Positions 6,630 to 16,403 of a stretch of 45,544 nt of DNA are shown one piece after another; position 1 is the first letter of the stretch; each line of letters starts with the position of its first letter. Origin of the DNA: Acidimicrobiia bacterium (GTDB lineage: Bacteria > Actinomycetota > Acidimicrobiia > Spongiisociales > SHLN01). The stretch covers positions 1 through 45,544 of the forward strand of contig JBFKDW010000014.1 of NCBI GenBank assembly GCA_041619515.1, written 5' to 3'. The position numbers and the translations under genes were made by a program. The notes beneath the pieces are model-generated. The model made no database searches, had not been told where the DNA came from, and saw only the letters and a program-made list of their open reading frames with translations.

Positions 6630-9173
6630 ATGACCAATCGCGACGGCATCGGGTCGCCGGAAGAGAACGGAGGAGCCACCGGGACCCTCGGCACCTTCGC
6701 CGGGGTCTTCACGCCGTCGATCCTCACCATCCTCGGCATCATCCTGTTCCTGCGCCTCGGGTTCGTCGTCGGGAATGCCGGGCTGGCAGGAACCCTCATC
6801 ATCATCGGCGTCGCTACTGCCGTTTCCGTCCTGACCAGCGTTTCGCTGGCGGCGATCGCCACCAACATCGACGTCAAAGCCGGCGGCGACTATTACATGA
6901 TCTCCCGTACCCTCGGCATCGAGTTCGGGGGCGCCATCGGGCTGGTGCTGTTCCTTGCCCAATCGGTTTCGATCGCCTTCTACGCCATCGGGTTCGGTGA
7001 GGCGGTAGCCGGAATTCTCGGCGTGGGAGGGGGGCTGCTGCCCCGGGTGTTGGGGGCCATCGCCATCGGCTCCCTGTTCTTCCTCGCCTGGAAAGGCGCC
7101 GATGTCGCCGCCAAGTTCCAGTTCGTCGTCATGGGACTGCTCATCCTGGCGCTGACCTCGTTCTACCTCGGTGCCATTCCCGGCTTCGACTCCGGCCTGG
7201 CCGGAGACAACATGTCGGCACCGTCCGGCGCTCTCGGATTCTGGGTGGTGTTCGCCATTTTCTTCCCGGCAGTCACCGGCTTCACACAGGGCGTGAGCCT
7301 CTCGGGTGACCTGAAGGACCCCGGCAAGAGCCTGCCATTGGGCACCTTCGCAGCCGTTGCCGTCTCCACCCTCGTGTATTTCAGCATCGCAGTCCTATTC
7401 GCCGGCAACGCCGGCAGCCGCACCCTGATCGACGACACCGGAGCGATGGGATCGATTTCCGCCTTCAGCCCGCTCATCGACGCCGGAGTCCTGGCCGCCA
7501 CGCTGTCGTCGGCGATGGCATCGTTCCTGGGGGCACCCCGCATCCTCCAATCACTGGCGGCCGACCGTGTCTTCCCGCTGCTGGGTTTCTTTGCCAAAGG
7601 GCACGGCCCAACCGACAATCCCCGGCGGGGCGTGCTGCTGGCGGGCGGAATCGCCCTCGTGACCGTCGGCCTCGGCGACCTCAACGTCATCGCCCCGGTC
7701 GTGTCGATGTTCTTTCTCATTTCGTACGGGCTCCTCAACTACGCCACCTACTACGAGGCGCGGGCGAGCAGTCCGGCCTTTCGTCCCCGGTTCCGTTATT
7801 TCAACAAGCGGCTCAGCCTCGTAGGAGCGGTTGCCTGCCTCGGCGTGATGCTGGCCATCAACCCCATCGCCGGCGGGGCAGCCACCCTCCTGATGTTCGG
7901 CATCTACCGATACCTCGCCACCCGGGATCGGCCCGATCGGTGGGTCGACTCCTCCCACGCCCATCATTTCCAGCGGGCCAAGGAGAGCATCTCGGCCATG
8001 ACCGACGAGCCCGAGCACGCCCGCAGCTGGCGGCCTCAGATCCTGGCCTTCTCGGCCGACCCGGAACGCCGCCGCCGGCTGCTCGAGTTCGCATCGTGGC
8101 TCGAAGGGGAAAGCGGACTCACTGCCACGGTCCATATCGTCGTCGGCTCGGGAGCCCTCAAGCGTCGGGAACGGGAGGAGGCCCAGGCTGCCCTCGCCGC
8201 CCAGATTGATGCCCTCGGGCTCTCGGTCCACGGGCGGGCCATCCTGGCTTCCCACGCCGGTGACGCCCTGCCGGTCATCATCCAGTCATTCGGGCTGGGA
8301 CCGATGGAGGCCAATACCGTCCTCTTCGGCTGGCCCGAGCATCCCCGACCGGAGCAGCTCGAGAGTTTCTTCGACGTCGTGCGTGACGTGATGCGCCTCG
8401 GCGTCAACACCGTCGTGCTGTCGAGCGGTGAGAAGGCGTGGCGCGAAATCGAGGCGGTGCGTGCCAAGCACCGGCGCATCGACGTGTGGTTCGAGGTCGG
8501 CGACGACGCCTCCCGCCTGGCGCTCCTCAGCGCCTACCTCTTCACCCGCACCAACCACTGGGGACGCGCCACGATCCGCGTCCTCGGCACGGTGGGGCCA
8601 GACGGTGTGGCGGCGTCCGAGGCCGCGCTTCAGGAGATGGTCGACGAGGCCCGCATCCCGGCCGAGGTCAAGGCGATACCCGTCCTCGACGCCCGGACCA
8701 TCACCACGGCCTCGGCCGAATCCGCCGTGGTGTTCCTGCCGATGAAGCTGCGGCGCCACGGGCAGGTCGGCCCGTTCGAGACCGATCACGCCCGCCTCGT
8801 CGAGGACCTGGCCCTCACCGCCTCGATTTTGGCAGCCCAGACCTTTGATCTGAACGCCGCCCCCGAATCGGGCTCACCCGCCCTGCTGGCGGCAGCCGAG
8901 GAGCGGGTCTCCCGCACTTCTGACCGGTTGCGGTCGCTGGAGGGCGACCTGGGCGAGGCGGAAGCGGCTCTCGAGCGGCTGGAAGCAGCCGCCGAGGACG
9001 ATCTCACTCCAGAAGCCGACGCCCGGCGCGACGAAGCGGAGGAACGCGTCGAGCGACTCCGGCGCCGGGTGCTCTCGGCCCGGGCCCGCCTGGTCGAAGC
9101 CGAGGCGGAGGTGGCCGGCCTCATCGAGGCCGGCGGCGGGCCTCCGGTCGACGACGCCCCGGCGGTCGGTTGA
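6630..9173 (+). CDS. Cation-chloride cotransporter (SLC12/CCC family, APC superfamily)
   Basis: LGTFAGVFTPSILTILGIILFLRL, GGDYYMISRTLGIEFGGAIG, FFPAVTG, SGDLKDP, APRILQ, WRPQIL; coiled-coil tail. Confidence 0.9.
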   Translation: MTNRDGIGSPEENGGATGTLGTFAGVFTPSILTILGIILFLRLGFVVGNAGLAGTLIIIGVATAVSVLTSVSLAAIATNIDVKAGGDYYMISRTLGIEFGGAIGLVLFLAQSVSIAFYAIGFGEAVAGILGVGGGLLPRVLGAIAIGSLFFLAWKGADVAAKFQFVVMGLLILALTSFYLGAIPGFDSGLAGDNMSAPSGALGFWVVFAIFFPAVTGFTQGVSLSGDLKDPGKSLPLGTFAAVAVSTLVYFSIAVLFAGNAGSRTLIDDTGAMGSISAFSPLIDAGVLAATLSSAMASFLGAPRILQSLAADRVFPLLGFFAKGHGPTDNPRRGVLLAGGIALVTVGLGDLNVIAPVVSMFFLISYGLLNYATYYEARASSPAFRPRFRYFNKRLSLVGAVACLGVMLAINPIAGGAATLLMFGIYRYLATRDRPDRWVDSSHAHHFQRAKESISAMTDEPEHARSWRPQILAFSADPERRRRLLEFASWLEGESGLTATVHIVVGSGALKRREREEAQAALAAQIDALGLSVHGRAILASHAGDALPVIIQSFGLGPMEANTVLFGWPEHPRPEQLESFFDVVRDVMRLGVNTVVLSSGEKAWREIEAVRAKHRRIDVWFEVGDDASRLALLSAYLFTRTNHWGRATIRVLGTVGPDGVAASEAALQEMVDEARIPAEVKAIPVLDARTITTASAESAVVFLPMKLRRHGQVGPFETDHARLVEDLALTASILAAQTFDLNAAPESGSPALLAAAEERVSRTSDRLRSLEGDLGEAEAALERLEAAAEDDLTPEADARRDEAEERVERLRRRVLSARARLVEAEAEVAGLIEAGGGPPVDDAPAVG

Positions 9174-10574
9174 TCAGAGCAGAATCGACTCGCCCTGCCC
9201 GGGAGTGAGGACGGTGCGGCCGAGCCGCTCGGACGCGGCCTCCTCGAACGAGTCCATTGCCTCGGGATCGCCATGGACCGCGATCACCTGCTCGGGCTGG
9301 GTGGAAGCCGACGACAGCCAGTCGAGCAATTCTGAACGATCGGCGTGGACCGAGAAGGCAGGCACCGAGGCGATCTCGGCTCGCACCGGCCACCATTCCC
9401 CGTGGATCTTGATCTCCTCCTCCCCGGCCAGCAGCCGAGAACCTCGCGTGCCGCCCGCCTGATATCCGACCAGAGCCACCGCCGACGCCGGATTGGGGAG
9501 CTCGCGTTTGAGATGGTGCAGGACCCGGCCGCCGGTTGCCATACCCGAGGCTGAGATCACGATATAGGGCGGCTTCGCACGGTTGATCGCCTTGGAGTCG
9601 GCGACCGACTCGGTGATGGTGAGATCGCCGGGGTCGAGAACTTCCGGATGGCCGGCGATGTCATCGCGGATCTCATAGTGTGATTCCGCGATAGCCCGCA
9701 CGTAGAAGCCGAGCGCCGATCGGGCCATGGGCGAGTCGAGAAACACGGGCATCTTCGGGATCGTGCCGGCCTGAACCAGCGTGCGAAGGGCATAGAGGAT
9801 GACCTCGGTCCGGTCGATGGCGAATGCCGGGATGACAACCGCGCCGCCGCGATCGACGGCGCGGGCGATCGTGCTTCCCAGGGCTTCGGTTCCATCCTGC
9901 TCCACCTGCTCGGTGTCGCCGTAGGTCGTCTCCATCACCACCGTTCCCGCGGCCGGTGGCGGGTCGGGGGGGTCGAGCACCGGATGAAACGGCCGGCCCA
10001 GGTCGCCGGAGAAGTGCACGGGGGCGGTTCCGTCGTCGAACTCCAGCATGATCGAGGCCGAGCCCAGGATGTGGCCTGCCCGGGTGAGGTGAAGCGAGAT
10101 CCCGTCGGCCACCGGCGTCGCAGACCGCCACGGGGCCACCCGGAACCGGGCGGCCGCCGCCATCGCGTCGCGTTCGGTGTAGAGGGGGAGGGCCGGGGTG
10201 TGTTTCGTGTAGCCCTTCTTGTTGGCACGCCGGGCGTCCTCCACCTGGATGCGACCCGAGTCGGCCATGACGACCCCGGCCAGCCTTCCGGTCGACTCAG
10301 ACGCCCAGACGCTCCGTTCAAACCCGTTGCGCACCAGCGCCGGGAGATACCCGACGTGGTCGAGGTGGGCATGGGATACCACAACGGCGTCGATAGAAGC
10401 CGGGTCCACCGGGAACTCTTCCCAGTTGCGCTCACGCAGCTGCTTGGCACCCTGGAACATCCCGCAGTCGACGAGGACCCGGGCGCGCGGGGTGTCGACG
10501 AGAAACTTGGACCCGGTCACCGTCCGGGCGGCACCCAGGAACGTGATGAGGGGTCGAGGCGGGTGGGTCGCCAT
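9174..10574 (-). CDS. MBL-fold beta-CASP ribonuclease-like hydrolase
   Basis: GAARTVTGS, DCGMFQG, SHAHLDHVG, AGHILGS, SGDLG, ETTYG, SASGMATGGR, FSVHAD, VHGD. Confidence 0.92.
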   Translation of the reverse strand: MATHPPRPLITFLGAARTVTGSKFLVDTPRARVLVDCGMFQGAKQLRERNWEEFPVDPASIDAVVVSHAHLDHVGYLPALVRNGFERSVWASESTGRLAGVVMADSGRIQVEDARRANKKGYTKHTPALPLYTERDAMAAAARFRVAPWRSATPVADGISLHLTRAGHILGSASIMLEFDDGTAPVHFSGDLGRPFHPVLDPPDPPPAAGTVVMETTYGDTEQVEQDGTEALGSTIARAVDRGGAVVIPAFAIDRTEVILYALRTLVQAGTIPKMPVFLDSPMARSALGFYVRAIAESHYEIRDDIAGHPEVLDPGDLTITESVADSKAINRAKPPYIVISASGMATGGRVLHHLKRELPNPASAVALVGYQAGGTRGSRLLAGEEEIKIHGEWWPVRAEIASVPAFSVHADRSELLDWLSSASTQPEQVIAVHGDPEAMDSFEEAASERLGRTVLTPGQGESILL

Positions 10575-10608
10575 CAACCCAGACTAGGGCCGACCATTCT
10601 CCGCTCGC

Positions 10609-10770
10609 TCACGTGAGCAGGGCCAGGATCGCCGAAACCAGCAAGAACACCGCCACCGCCGTCAGCACTGCCACCGGCGCCGCCCGCTTGAGCGCCACCC
10701 GCTTGGCATACGCCCCGGCGGCGGACCCCAGGCCCGCCCCGAGCAGCCCGGCCCAGAAGGTGTTGTCCAT
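10609..10770 (-). CDS. Small 53-aa membrane protein, leaderless (not in the ORF track)
   Basis: MDNTFWAGLLGAGLGSAAGAYAKRVALKRAAPVAVLTAVAVFLLVSAILALLT*; TAGGCT lies 6 nt upstream of the ATG. Confidence 0.6.
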   Translation of the reverse strand: MDNTFWAGLLGAGLGSAAGAYAKRVALKRAAPVAVLTAVAVFLLVSAILALLT

Positions 10771-10815
10771 CAACTCAGCCTAGGAACGAGCAGGTGTGGC
10801 AAGGAGAACATTGGT

Positions 10816-10842
10816 GGAACGAAAGGCTGCGAGGAAGCGTCT
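10816..10842 (+). promoter_or_regulatory. ECF sigma-type promoter
   Basis: GGAAC-N17-CGTCT upstream of the GerMN gene. Confidence 0.5.
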
Positions 10843-10962
10843 TAGTGGTCTGAGGAGTGATATCGCAACGCCCGGGGAGATGGTCTCAAGTCCGGGGCAC
10901 CGATAGCGCTCACGAGATGTCCGACCACCTGTGCGCCAGCGCACCGAGTTCCGGGAGGAACC

Positions 10963-12651
10963 TTGACCACCTTCAAGACCGATGAGACCACTGAGACCCC
11001 GGGTCGTCGCCGCCGGTCCGTATGGACCTGGATCGCGGTCGGCGCCGCAATCATTGTTGTCCCGATCATCATCGCCATCCTTGCCCTCATGCTGGGGCGG
11101 AGCAGTGGAGAGGGCCCGAGCGGTTCGGTGCCGCCCCCAACGTCCTCGGTGCCACCCACACCGGCCACCCCCGTCGATGTGACCCTGTACTTTCTCGCCG
11201 ACTACGTCGAGGGGAGCAACACGGCCGGACCGCATCTCATCCCCGTGACCCGCCGGGTAGAAGTCGTCGGGGAGGCCGATACCAGCACGCTCCTCGGGGC
11301 CTCGATCGTGGCTTTGCTCGAAGGACCGACTGCCGATGAGCTGGCGCGGGTGCCGGGCCTGGCTTCCAGCCTGCCCGCAGGCACGGAGCTGCTCGGGCTC
11401 ACCATCGACAACACAGCCGATCCCGGAGTTGCCACCATCGACCTCAACTCGGTTGTGGCCTCGGGAGGAGGCACCTTCTCGATGACCTCTCGTCTTGCCC
11501 AGCTGATCTACACCGCGACCTGGCTCACCGGGATCGATCAGGTGGAGCTCTCCATCGACGGCGAGCCGGTGACCGTGTTCTCATCCGAGGGCATCGTGCT
11601 CGACGGGCCGCAGGCTCGTGGAGACTACCGCGACCTGCTGCCGTTGATTTTCGTCGAATCGCCGGTCTTTGGCGCCACGGTGACCTCACCCATCGAGATC
11701 ACCGGTGTCAGCAATACCTTCGAAGCCACGATGCAATACCGGATCGAGACAGAGGATGGCACGGTGCTGGCCGAGGGATTCACGACTGCCACCTGCGGCA
11801 CCGGCTGCTGGGGGGACTTCGACATCGTCGCCGACTACACCCTGGCCGAGCAATCGGATGGGTTCGTCGTCGTGTTCGAGAGCTCGGCCCGCGACGGCAG
11901 CCCGGTGAACGTGGTGCGGATCCCGGTGACACTCGAGGCGGCCGAGGGGGTGGCCCCGGTCGACCTCGACCTTGTCGCCGACCTTCCCGGCGGGATTCCG
12001 GTCGACGGCGCCGTCGTCGTGGAGCCCACCCTCACGCTGACCGGCAGCATGACCGGCGCCCCCGAACTGCTGGTCAACGGATCGGTCGTGCCGGTGACCG
12101 ATGGCCGATTCGAAGTGACGGTGCAGCTCGCCCCCGGGGACAACGACATCGTCGTGCAAGCCGGCTCGGCAGGCGCCACCTACTCGGTGACCTATCTGCC
12201 CGATGGTGAGGTTCAGTTCGGCTTCGTCGACGGTTTTGTGCCGGCCGATGGCGCCGGGACGGTCACGGGACCGGACGGAACCGCCTACGAGAGCCCCGCA
12301 CTGCTGTCGGTCGACTACGCCCAATGGCTCACCGGTGACGAGGCAGCCCAGGCGGCGTTCGAGGACGGCGTCATCGACTCGGTCGACGAGGGCGTTCCCA
12401 ACGGTTACTACATCAGGAACCAGAACGATCAGCTCCGCAGCATTCCGGTGCGTGAAGGCGCCACCGTCTTCCTCGTCGACGCGTCGCCGGTGGTGGCGCC
12501 GGTGCCGGTCGAGCTCACCGCCTGGCTGGATCTGGTCGAGGTGGGGGGCGATGGGTCGTATTTCAACGCCGGGTCCCCGTTCACACCGTACTGGCTGGTG
12601 CTCGACGCCGACGGCTACCTGGTGCAGATCATTCAGCAATATGTCCCCTAG
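10963..12651 (+). CDS. Membrane-anchored GerMN + Gmad2 (Ig-like) domain protein
   Basis: TM anchor; GerMN motifs ALLEGPT..E...GLASSLPAGTELLG, RLAQLIYTAT; Gmad2 motifs ITGVSNTFEA, TATCGTGCWGDF, VFESSARDGS; TTG start after GGAGG. Confidence 0.85.
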   Translation: MTTFKTDETTETPGRRRRSVWTWIAVGAAIIVVPIIIAILALMLGRSSGEGPSGSVPPPTSSVPPTPATPVDVTLYFLADYVEGSNTAGPHLIPVTRRVEVVGEADTSTLLGASIVALLEGPTADELARVPGLASSLPAGTELLGLTIDNTADPGVATIDLNSVVASGGGTFSMTSRLAQLIYTATWLTGIDQVELSIDGEPVTVFSSEGIVLDGPQARGDYRDLLPLIFVESPVFGATVTSPIEITGVSNTFEATMQYRIETEDGTVLAEGFTTATCGTGCWGDFDIVADYTLAEQSDGFVVVFESSARDGSPVNVVRIPVTLEAAEGVAPVDLDLVADLPGGIPVDGAVVVEPTLTLTGSMTGAPELLVNGSVVPVTDGRFEVTVQLAPGDNDIVVQAGSAGATYSVTYLPDGEVQFGFVDGFVPADGAGTVTGPDGTAYESPALLSVDYAQWLTGDEAAQAAFEDGVIDSVDEGVPNGYYIRNQNDQLRSIPVREGATVFLVDASPVVAPVPVELTAWLDLVEVGGDGSYFNAGSPFTPYWLVLDADGYLVQIIQQYVP

Positions 12652-12705
12652 GCCGTCGGACACCGAATCGCCGACCCACGGTCGACCGACGTCCACCAGC
12701 GTCAG

Positions 12706-12737
12706 AGGGGCCGGGCTCTCGAGCCCGGCCCCTTCGT
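12706..12737 (+). terminator. Intrinsic terminator-like hairpin
   Basis: aggggccgggct-ctcg-agcccggcccct, a 12-bp stem about 55 nt after the GerMN gene stop. Confidence 0.6.
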
Positions 12738-12846
12738 TGGGCGCGGTCCCTCCCGATACCGTCGTTGGGCTCTGGTGGCACGCTGCGGTGATGCGATCAT
12801 GGACTCGGAGACCCATCGTCGCCGCCGAGTGATTGCGAGGGTGCCG

Positions 12847-13932
12847 ATGCCCACTCGATGGGCGGCCGTGATCGTGGCAGCCGTGCTGGCCGGGTCGTGT
12901 GGCGACGCGACCCCGGCAGATCCGACCACCACAACCGTCCGGCCGACGACCAGCCGGCCCGCCGAAACCACTCCGCCTCCTACCACCAGTGCACCATCGT
13001 CGACCACCACCGCGCAGCCGGCGGCCGATCTGCCCGACCTCCTCGTTGCGCACAGCCGCGGCATCGACCAGGTCGGCCCCGGCATCAGCTGGTTCGACGA
13101 TGCCGCGGTGGGGGTCGCCTACCCGGACCTCCAGGGTGGTGTCATCTTTCAGCGGGCGGCCGACTCGGTGGGGCCGATCGAGCACCTGACGGCCCCGGGG
13201 ACCGATCCCTCCACTCTCATCGCAGTCGAGAACGCAGACCGGCTCGGGATTGTCGGCGTCTTCCTGTTGGACGGCGCTCCGACCCTCGCCTACACCCACG
13301 CCACTCGGCTGCCAAATGAATGCTCGGCCGATGACGACGAGTGCCTCTGGGGCTTCGACGTCAGGTACCTGCTCCTTTACAACCTGACGAGCGGCACCTC
13401 GCTCAACCTGGGTACGGTCGGGTCGTTCGAATCCGACTGGCACGGGTACTGGTTTGGAGCTGATCGGTACGCATCGGTGTGGGGCCCCTATGGCGACTTC
13501 GAGTCGTGCGTCGGCTTCGGCCCGGTTGCCGATCTCCTCGAGGGAGCAACCCCGGACCGATGGCTGTCGGCCCAGCAATGGTGCCGGATCGGCCCACCGG
13601 ACGTGTGCCCGGATGAGGCGCTGTGCTCGGGGAACGTCGCCGTGGCGGTTGCTCCCGATGGTTCCACGTTCGCCTACATCGATGCCGGCTCGCCCGACCC
13701 GAGCCTGATAGTCGCGGACGCCACGACCGGCGCCGAACTTCGGCGGATCGCAGTGGGCCGTGATCACACCATGTGGGCTCTCGAGATCGACTTCGACGGC
13801 TCCTCGGTCCTCCTCAACCGCCGGTCTGAGACCAACGAACGGCTCCAGCCGCTGGTGGTCCGCCCCGATGGCGTGGTCGAAGAGCTGGAGTTCACAGGCC
13901 GGGCGACCTTCTGGAGCCGTCGCAGCTCGTGA
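12847..13932 (+). CDS. Lipoprotein with Thr-rich linker and Cys-containing, probably beta-propeller-like domain (start uncertain, could be 12799)
   Basis: AAVIVAAVLAGSC lipobox; PTTT linker; AVAPDGSTFAY and IDFDGSSVLL propeller-blade-like motifs. Confidence 0.7.
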   Translation: MPTRWAAVIVAAVLAGSCGDATPADPTTTTVRPTTSRPAETTPPPTTSAPSSTTTAQPAADLPDLLVAHSRGIDQVGPGISWFDDAAVGVAYPDLQGGVIFQRAADSVGPIEHLTAPGTDPSTLIAVENADRLGIVGVFLLDGAPTLAYTHATRLPNECSADDDECLWGFDVRYLLLYNLTSGTSLNLGTVGSFESDWHGYWFGADRYASVWGPYGDFESCVGFGPVADLLEGATPDRWLSAQQWCRIGPPDVCPDEALCSGNVAVAVAPDGSTFAYIDAGSPDPSLIVADATTGAELRRIAVGRDHTMWALEIDFDGSSVLLNRRSETNERLQPLVVRPDGVVEELEFTGRATFWSRRSS

Positions 13933-14008
13933 GCGGGCGGCGGTCCCAATCCGATCAAGGCGCTGCGCCGGTTCTCGTCACCTAGGCTGCCCTCGAAAAG
14001 GAGCCCTG

Positions 14009-14203
14009 ATGATGCGAGCACTCGTCGGCGCAGCCGGCGTGTTCCTGACCGCTACGTTCCCGGCTACCTGGCTGATGATGCTGTTTCTCGGGAACGTCGG
14101 TCTGGCGGTGTCCTATTGGGGCACGCTGCCGATCGGCATCCTCGTCTCGGCGCTGCTGGCGGGCGCCACCTCGCCCACGCAGGTCATCTCAGTTCAGCGG
14201 TAG
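14009..14203 (+). CDS. Small 64-aa membrane protein
   Basis: TAGGCT -10 plus RBS AAAGGAG before ATG 14009; hydrophobic product. Confidence 0.7.
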   Translation: MMRALVGAAGVFLTATFPATWLMMLFLGNVGLAVSYWGTLPIGILVSALLAGATSPTQVISVQR

Positions 14204-14524
14204 GGCCGTCGCCCGATGAGAGATGTCGGGGCGACGCCGCGCCCACCACGATCCGGGCCGGGGGCGCTGGGTAGCCCCCGCCACCGTAACGATGGTCAGC
14301 GGCACCACCACGTACAGGAAGAGGAACGCCATCGCCAGGTCCTCGAAACTGGCCGAGTCTGCGGTCCACGAGGACACCATGACGGTCACCGCCAACATGG
14401 AGGCGATAACCCCCACGATGCCCCATGCCCGCTTGCCCTTGAGCCAGCAGACGGCGGTGGCGGCAATGGCAGCCAGGCTGCCGGCGGGCGCCAACACCCA
14501 AACGAACAAGTCCCAACGGTCCAT
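14189..14524 (-). CDS. Small membrane protein, 3 TM helices
   Basis: MDRWDLFVWVLAP...; CWLKGK and RPGSWWARRR motifs; purine-rich RBS. Confidence 0.65.
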   Translation of the reverse strand: MDRWDLFVWVLAPAGSLAAIAATAVCWLKGKRAWGIVGVIASMLAVTVMVSSWTADSASFEDLAMAFLFLYVVVPLTIVTVAGATQRPRPGSWWARRRPDISHRATALPLN

Positions 14525-14568
14525 CAGTCTTTCTTTCCGACGGCGCTTGGTCGAAGCCGTCTGGCGAA

Positions 14569-14597
14569 TAGACGCCGGCGGGCGCCCGCAAGTTGCA
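14569..14597 (-). promoter_or_regulatory. ECF sigma-type promoter
   Basis: TGCAAC-N17-CGTCTA on the minus strand, about 45 nt upstream of ATG 14524. Confidence 0.6.
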
Positions 14598-14688
14598 GCT
14601 ATTTCGCACGACACGGCCCGGCACCGGCGCCGGCCGGCGATGGGCTACCTATCCTGAGCCGCGGCCATCGTCGTCAAAGGGAACCAGC

Positions 14689-16383
14689 ATGATCCTCTTC
14701 CACCCCCAGCGCCGCGACCGCCACTATCCGGACGAACGGTCCCGGGTGGTGATGGAAAAGACGATCGACTTCTTCGAATCGAAGGGAAAGGGGAAGCTGA
14801 AGGCCGACGACCATGCGGCCACCTGGTATCAGGATTTCGTCGACTTCGTCGGACGGGAGCGCATCTTCGCCACCATGTGCACGCCTTCGGGCTACGGCGC
14901 CCCCGAAGCCCGCTGGGATACCTGGCGCATCTGTGAGTTTGCCGAGATCCTCGGCTTCTACGGCCTGCCCTATTGGTACGTGTGGCAAGTGACGGTCCTG
15001 GGCCTGGGCCCCATCTGGATGAGCGACAACGAAGACATCAAACACCGCACCGCCACCCTGCTGGAGGAGGGTGCCATCTTCGGGTTCGGGCTCTCCGAGA
15101 AGGATCACGGAGCCGACCTGTACTCCACCGAGATGTCCTTGCAGCCGGCCGATGGGGCTCATGTGGCGAACGGCCGCAAGTACTACATCGGAAACGGTAA
15201 CCAGGCCGCTCTGGTCTCGACCTTCGGCAAGTTCGCCGACAGCGGGGACTACGTCTTCTTCGCTGCCGACTCCCAGCACCCTGCCTACCGCTGCATCCAG
15301 AACGTCGTCCACAGCCAGAACTTCGTGTCCGAATTCGAGCTGGCCGGCTACCCGGTGACCGACGCCGACATCCTCTCCCGGGGTGACGACGCCTGGAACG
15401 CCGCCCTCAACACGGTCAACATCGGGAAATTCAATCTGGGATGGGCCTCGATAGGGATCTGCACCCACGCCTTCTACGAGGGGCTCCACCACGCCGCCCA
15501 CCGGCACCTGTACGGCATGGCGGTGACCGATTTCCCCCACGCCCGCCGGCTCTTCACCGACGCCTATGCCCGGCTGGTGGCCATGAAGCTGGTGGCGCTG
15601 CGGGCGGCCGATTACATGCGCTCCGCCTCGCCCGAAGACCGGCGCTACCTGCTGTACAACCCGGTCGTGAAGATGAAGGTCACCACTCAGGGCGAAGACG
15701 TGATCAACCACGTATGGGACGTGATCGCCGCCAAAGGATTCGAGAAGGACACCTACTTCGAGATGGCCGCGCGCGACATCAGAGCCCTTCCCAAGCTGGA
15801 GGGCACCGTCCACGTCAATATCGCTCTCATCGTCAAATTCATGGAGAGCTATTTCTTCCGGCCGGCCGACCTGCCCGCCGTGCCCCGGCGTGACGACGGC
15901 GCCAACGACGATTTCCTCTTCCGGCAGGGACCGGCCAAGGGCCTCTCACAGATTCGCTTCCACGACTACGTGCCCGTGTTCGAGCGCTCGCCGGCGCCGA
16001 ATGTGGCCATCTTCCTGGAACAGGCAGGGGCGTTCAAGGAGATGCTGGCCCAGGCGCCGCCGGACGAGGCACAGTCGCGGGACACCGACTTCCTGCTGGC
16101 GGTGGGTGAGCTGTTCACCCTGGTGGTGTACGCCCAGCTGCTGCTCGAGAACGTCGAGATCTACGACCTCGAGACCGATGTCGTCGATCAGATCTTCGAC
16201 GTCATCGTGCGCGATTTCTCGCGGTTCGCCGTCGAGCTGCATGGCAAGCCGGGTGCCACCCCCGAGCAGATGAAGCAATGCCTGGCGATGATCCGCACGC
16301 CGGCCACCGACGAGGCACGATCCGACCGGGTGTGGCGCGAGCACGTGTATTCGCTGCGCGACGCCTATGAGATGTCTCCTTGA
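14689..16383 (+). CDS. Acyl-CoA dehydrogenase (actinobacterial FadE-like)
   Basis: FGLSEKDHGADL, ANGRKYYIGNG, DIRALPKLEGTVHVN. Confidence 0.9.
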   Translation: MILFHPQRRDRHYPDERSRVVMEKTIDFFESKGKGKLKADDHAATWYQDFVDFVGRERIFATMCTPSGYGAPEARWDTWRICEFAEILGFYGLPYWYVWQVTVLGLGPIWMSDNEDIKHRTATLLEEGAIFGFGLSEKDHGADLYSTEMSLQPADGAHVANGRKYYIGNGNQAALVSTFGKFADSGDYVFFAADSQHPAYRCIQNVVHSQNFVSEFELAGYPVTDADILSRGDDAWNAALNTVNIGKFNLGWASIGICTHAFYEGLHHAAHRHLYGMAVTDFPHARRLFTDAYARLVAMKLVALRAADYMRSASPEDRRYLLYNPVVKMKVTTQGEDVINHVWDVIAAKGFEKDTYFEMAARDIRALPKLEGTVHVNIALIVKFMESYFFRPADLPAVPRRDDGANDDFLFRQGPAKGLSQIRFHDYVPVFERSPAPNVAIFLEQAGAFKEMLAQAPPDEAQSRDTDFLLAVGELFTLVVYAQLLLENVEIYDLETDVVDQIFDVIVRDFSRFAVELHGKPGATPEQMKQCLAMIRTPATDEARSDRVWREHVYSLRDAYEMSP

Positions 16384-16403
16384 GCCAGTCGGATCGAACC
16401 GCG

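Noticed and set aside
11686..13767. 693-aa minus-strand ORF; likewise 24215-26446, 2884-3981 and 20271-21491
   Set aside because: Each is antisense to genes with clear motifs and has shadow-type composition
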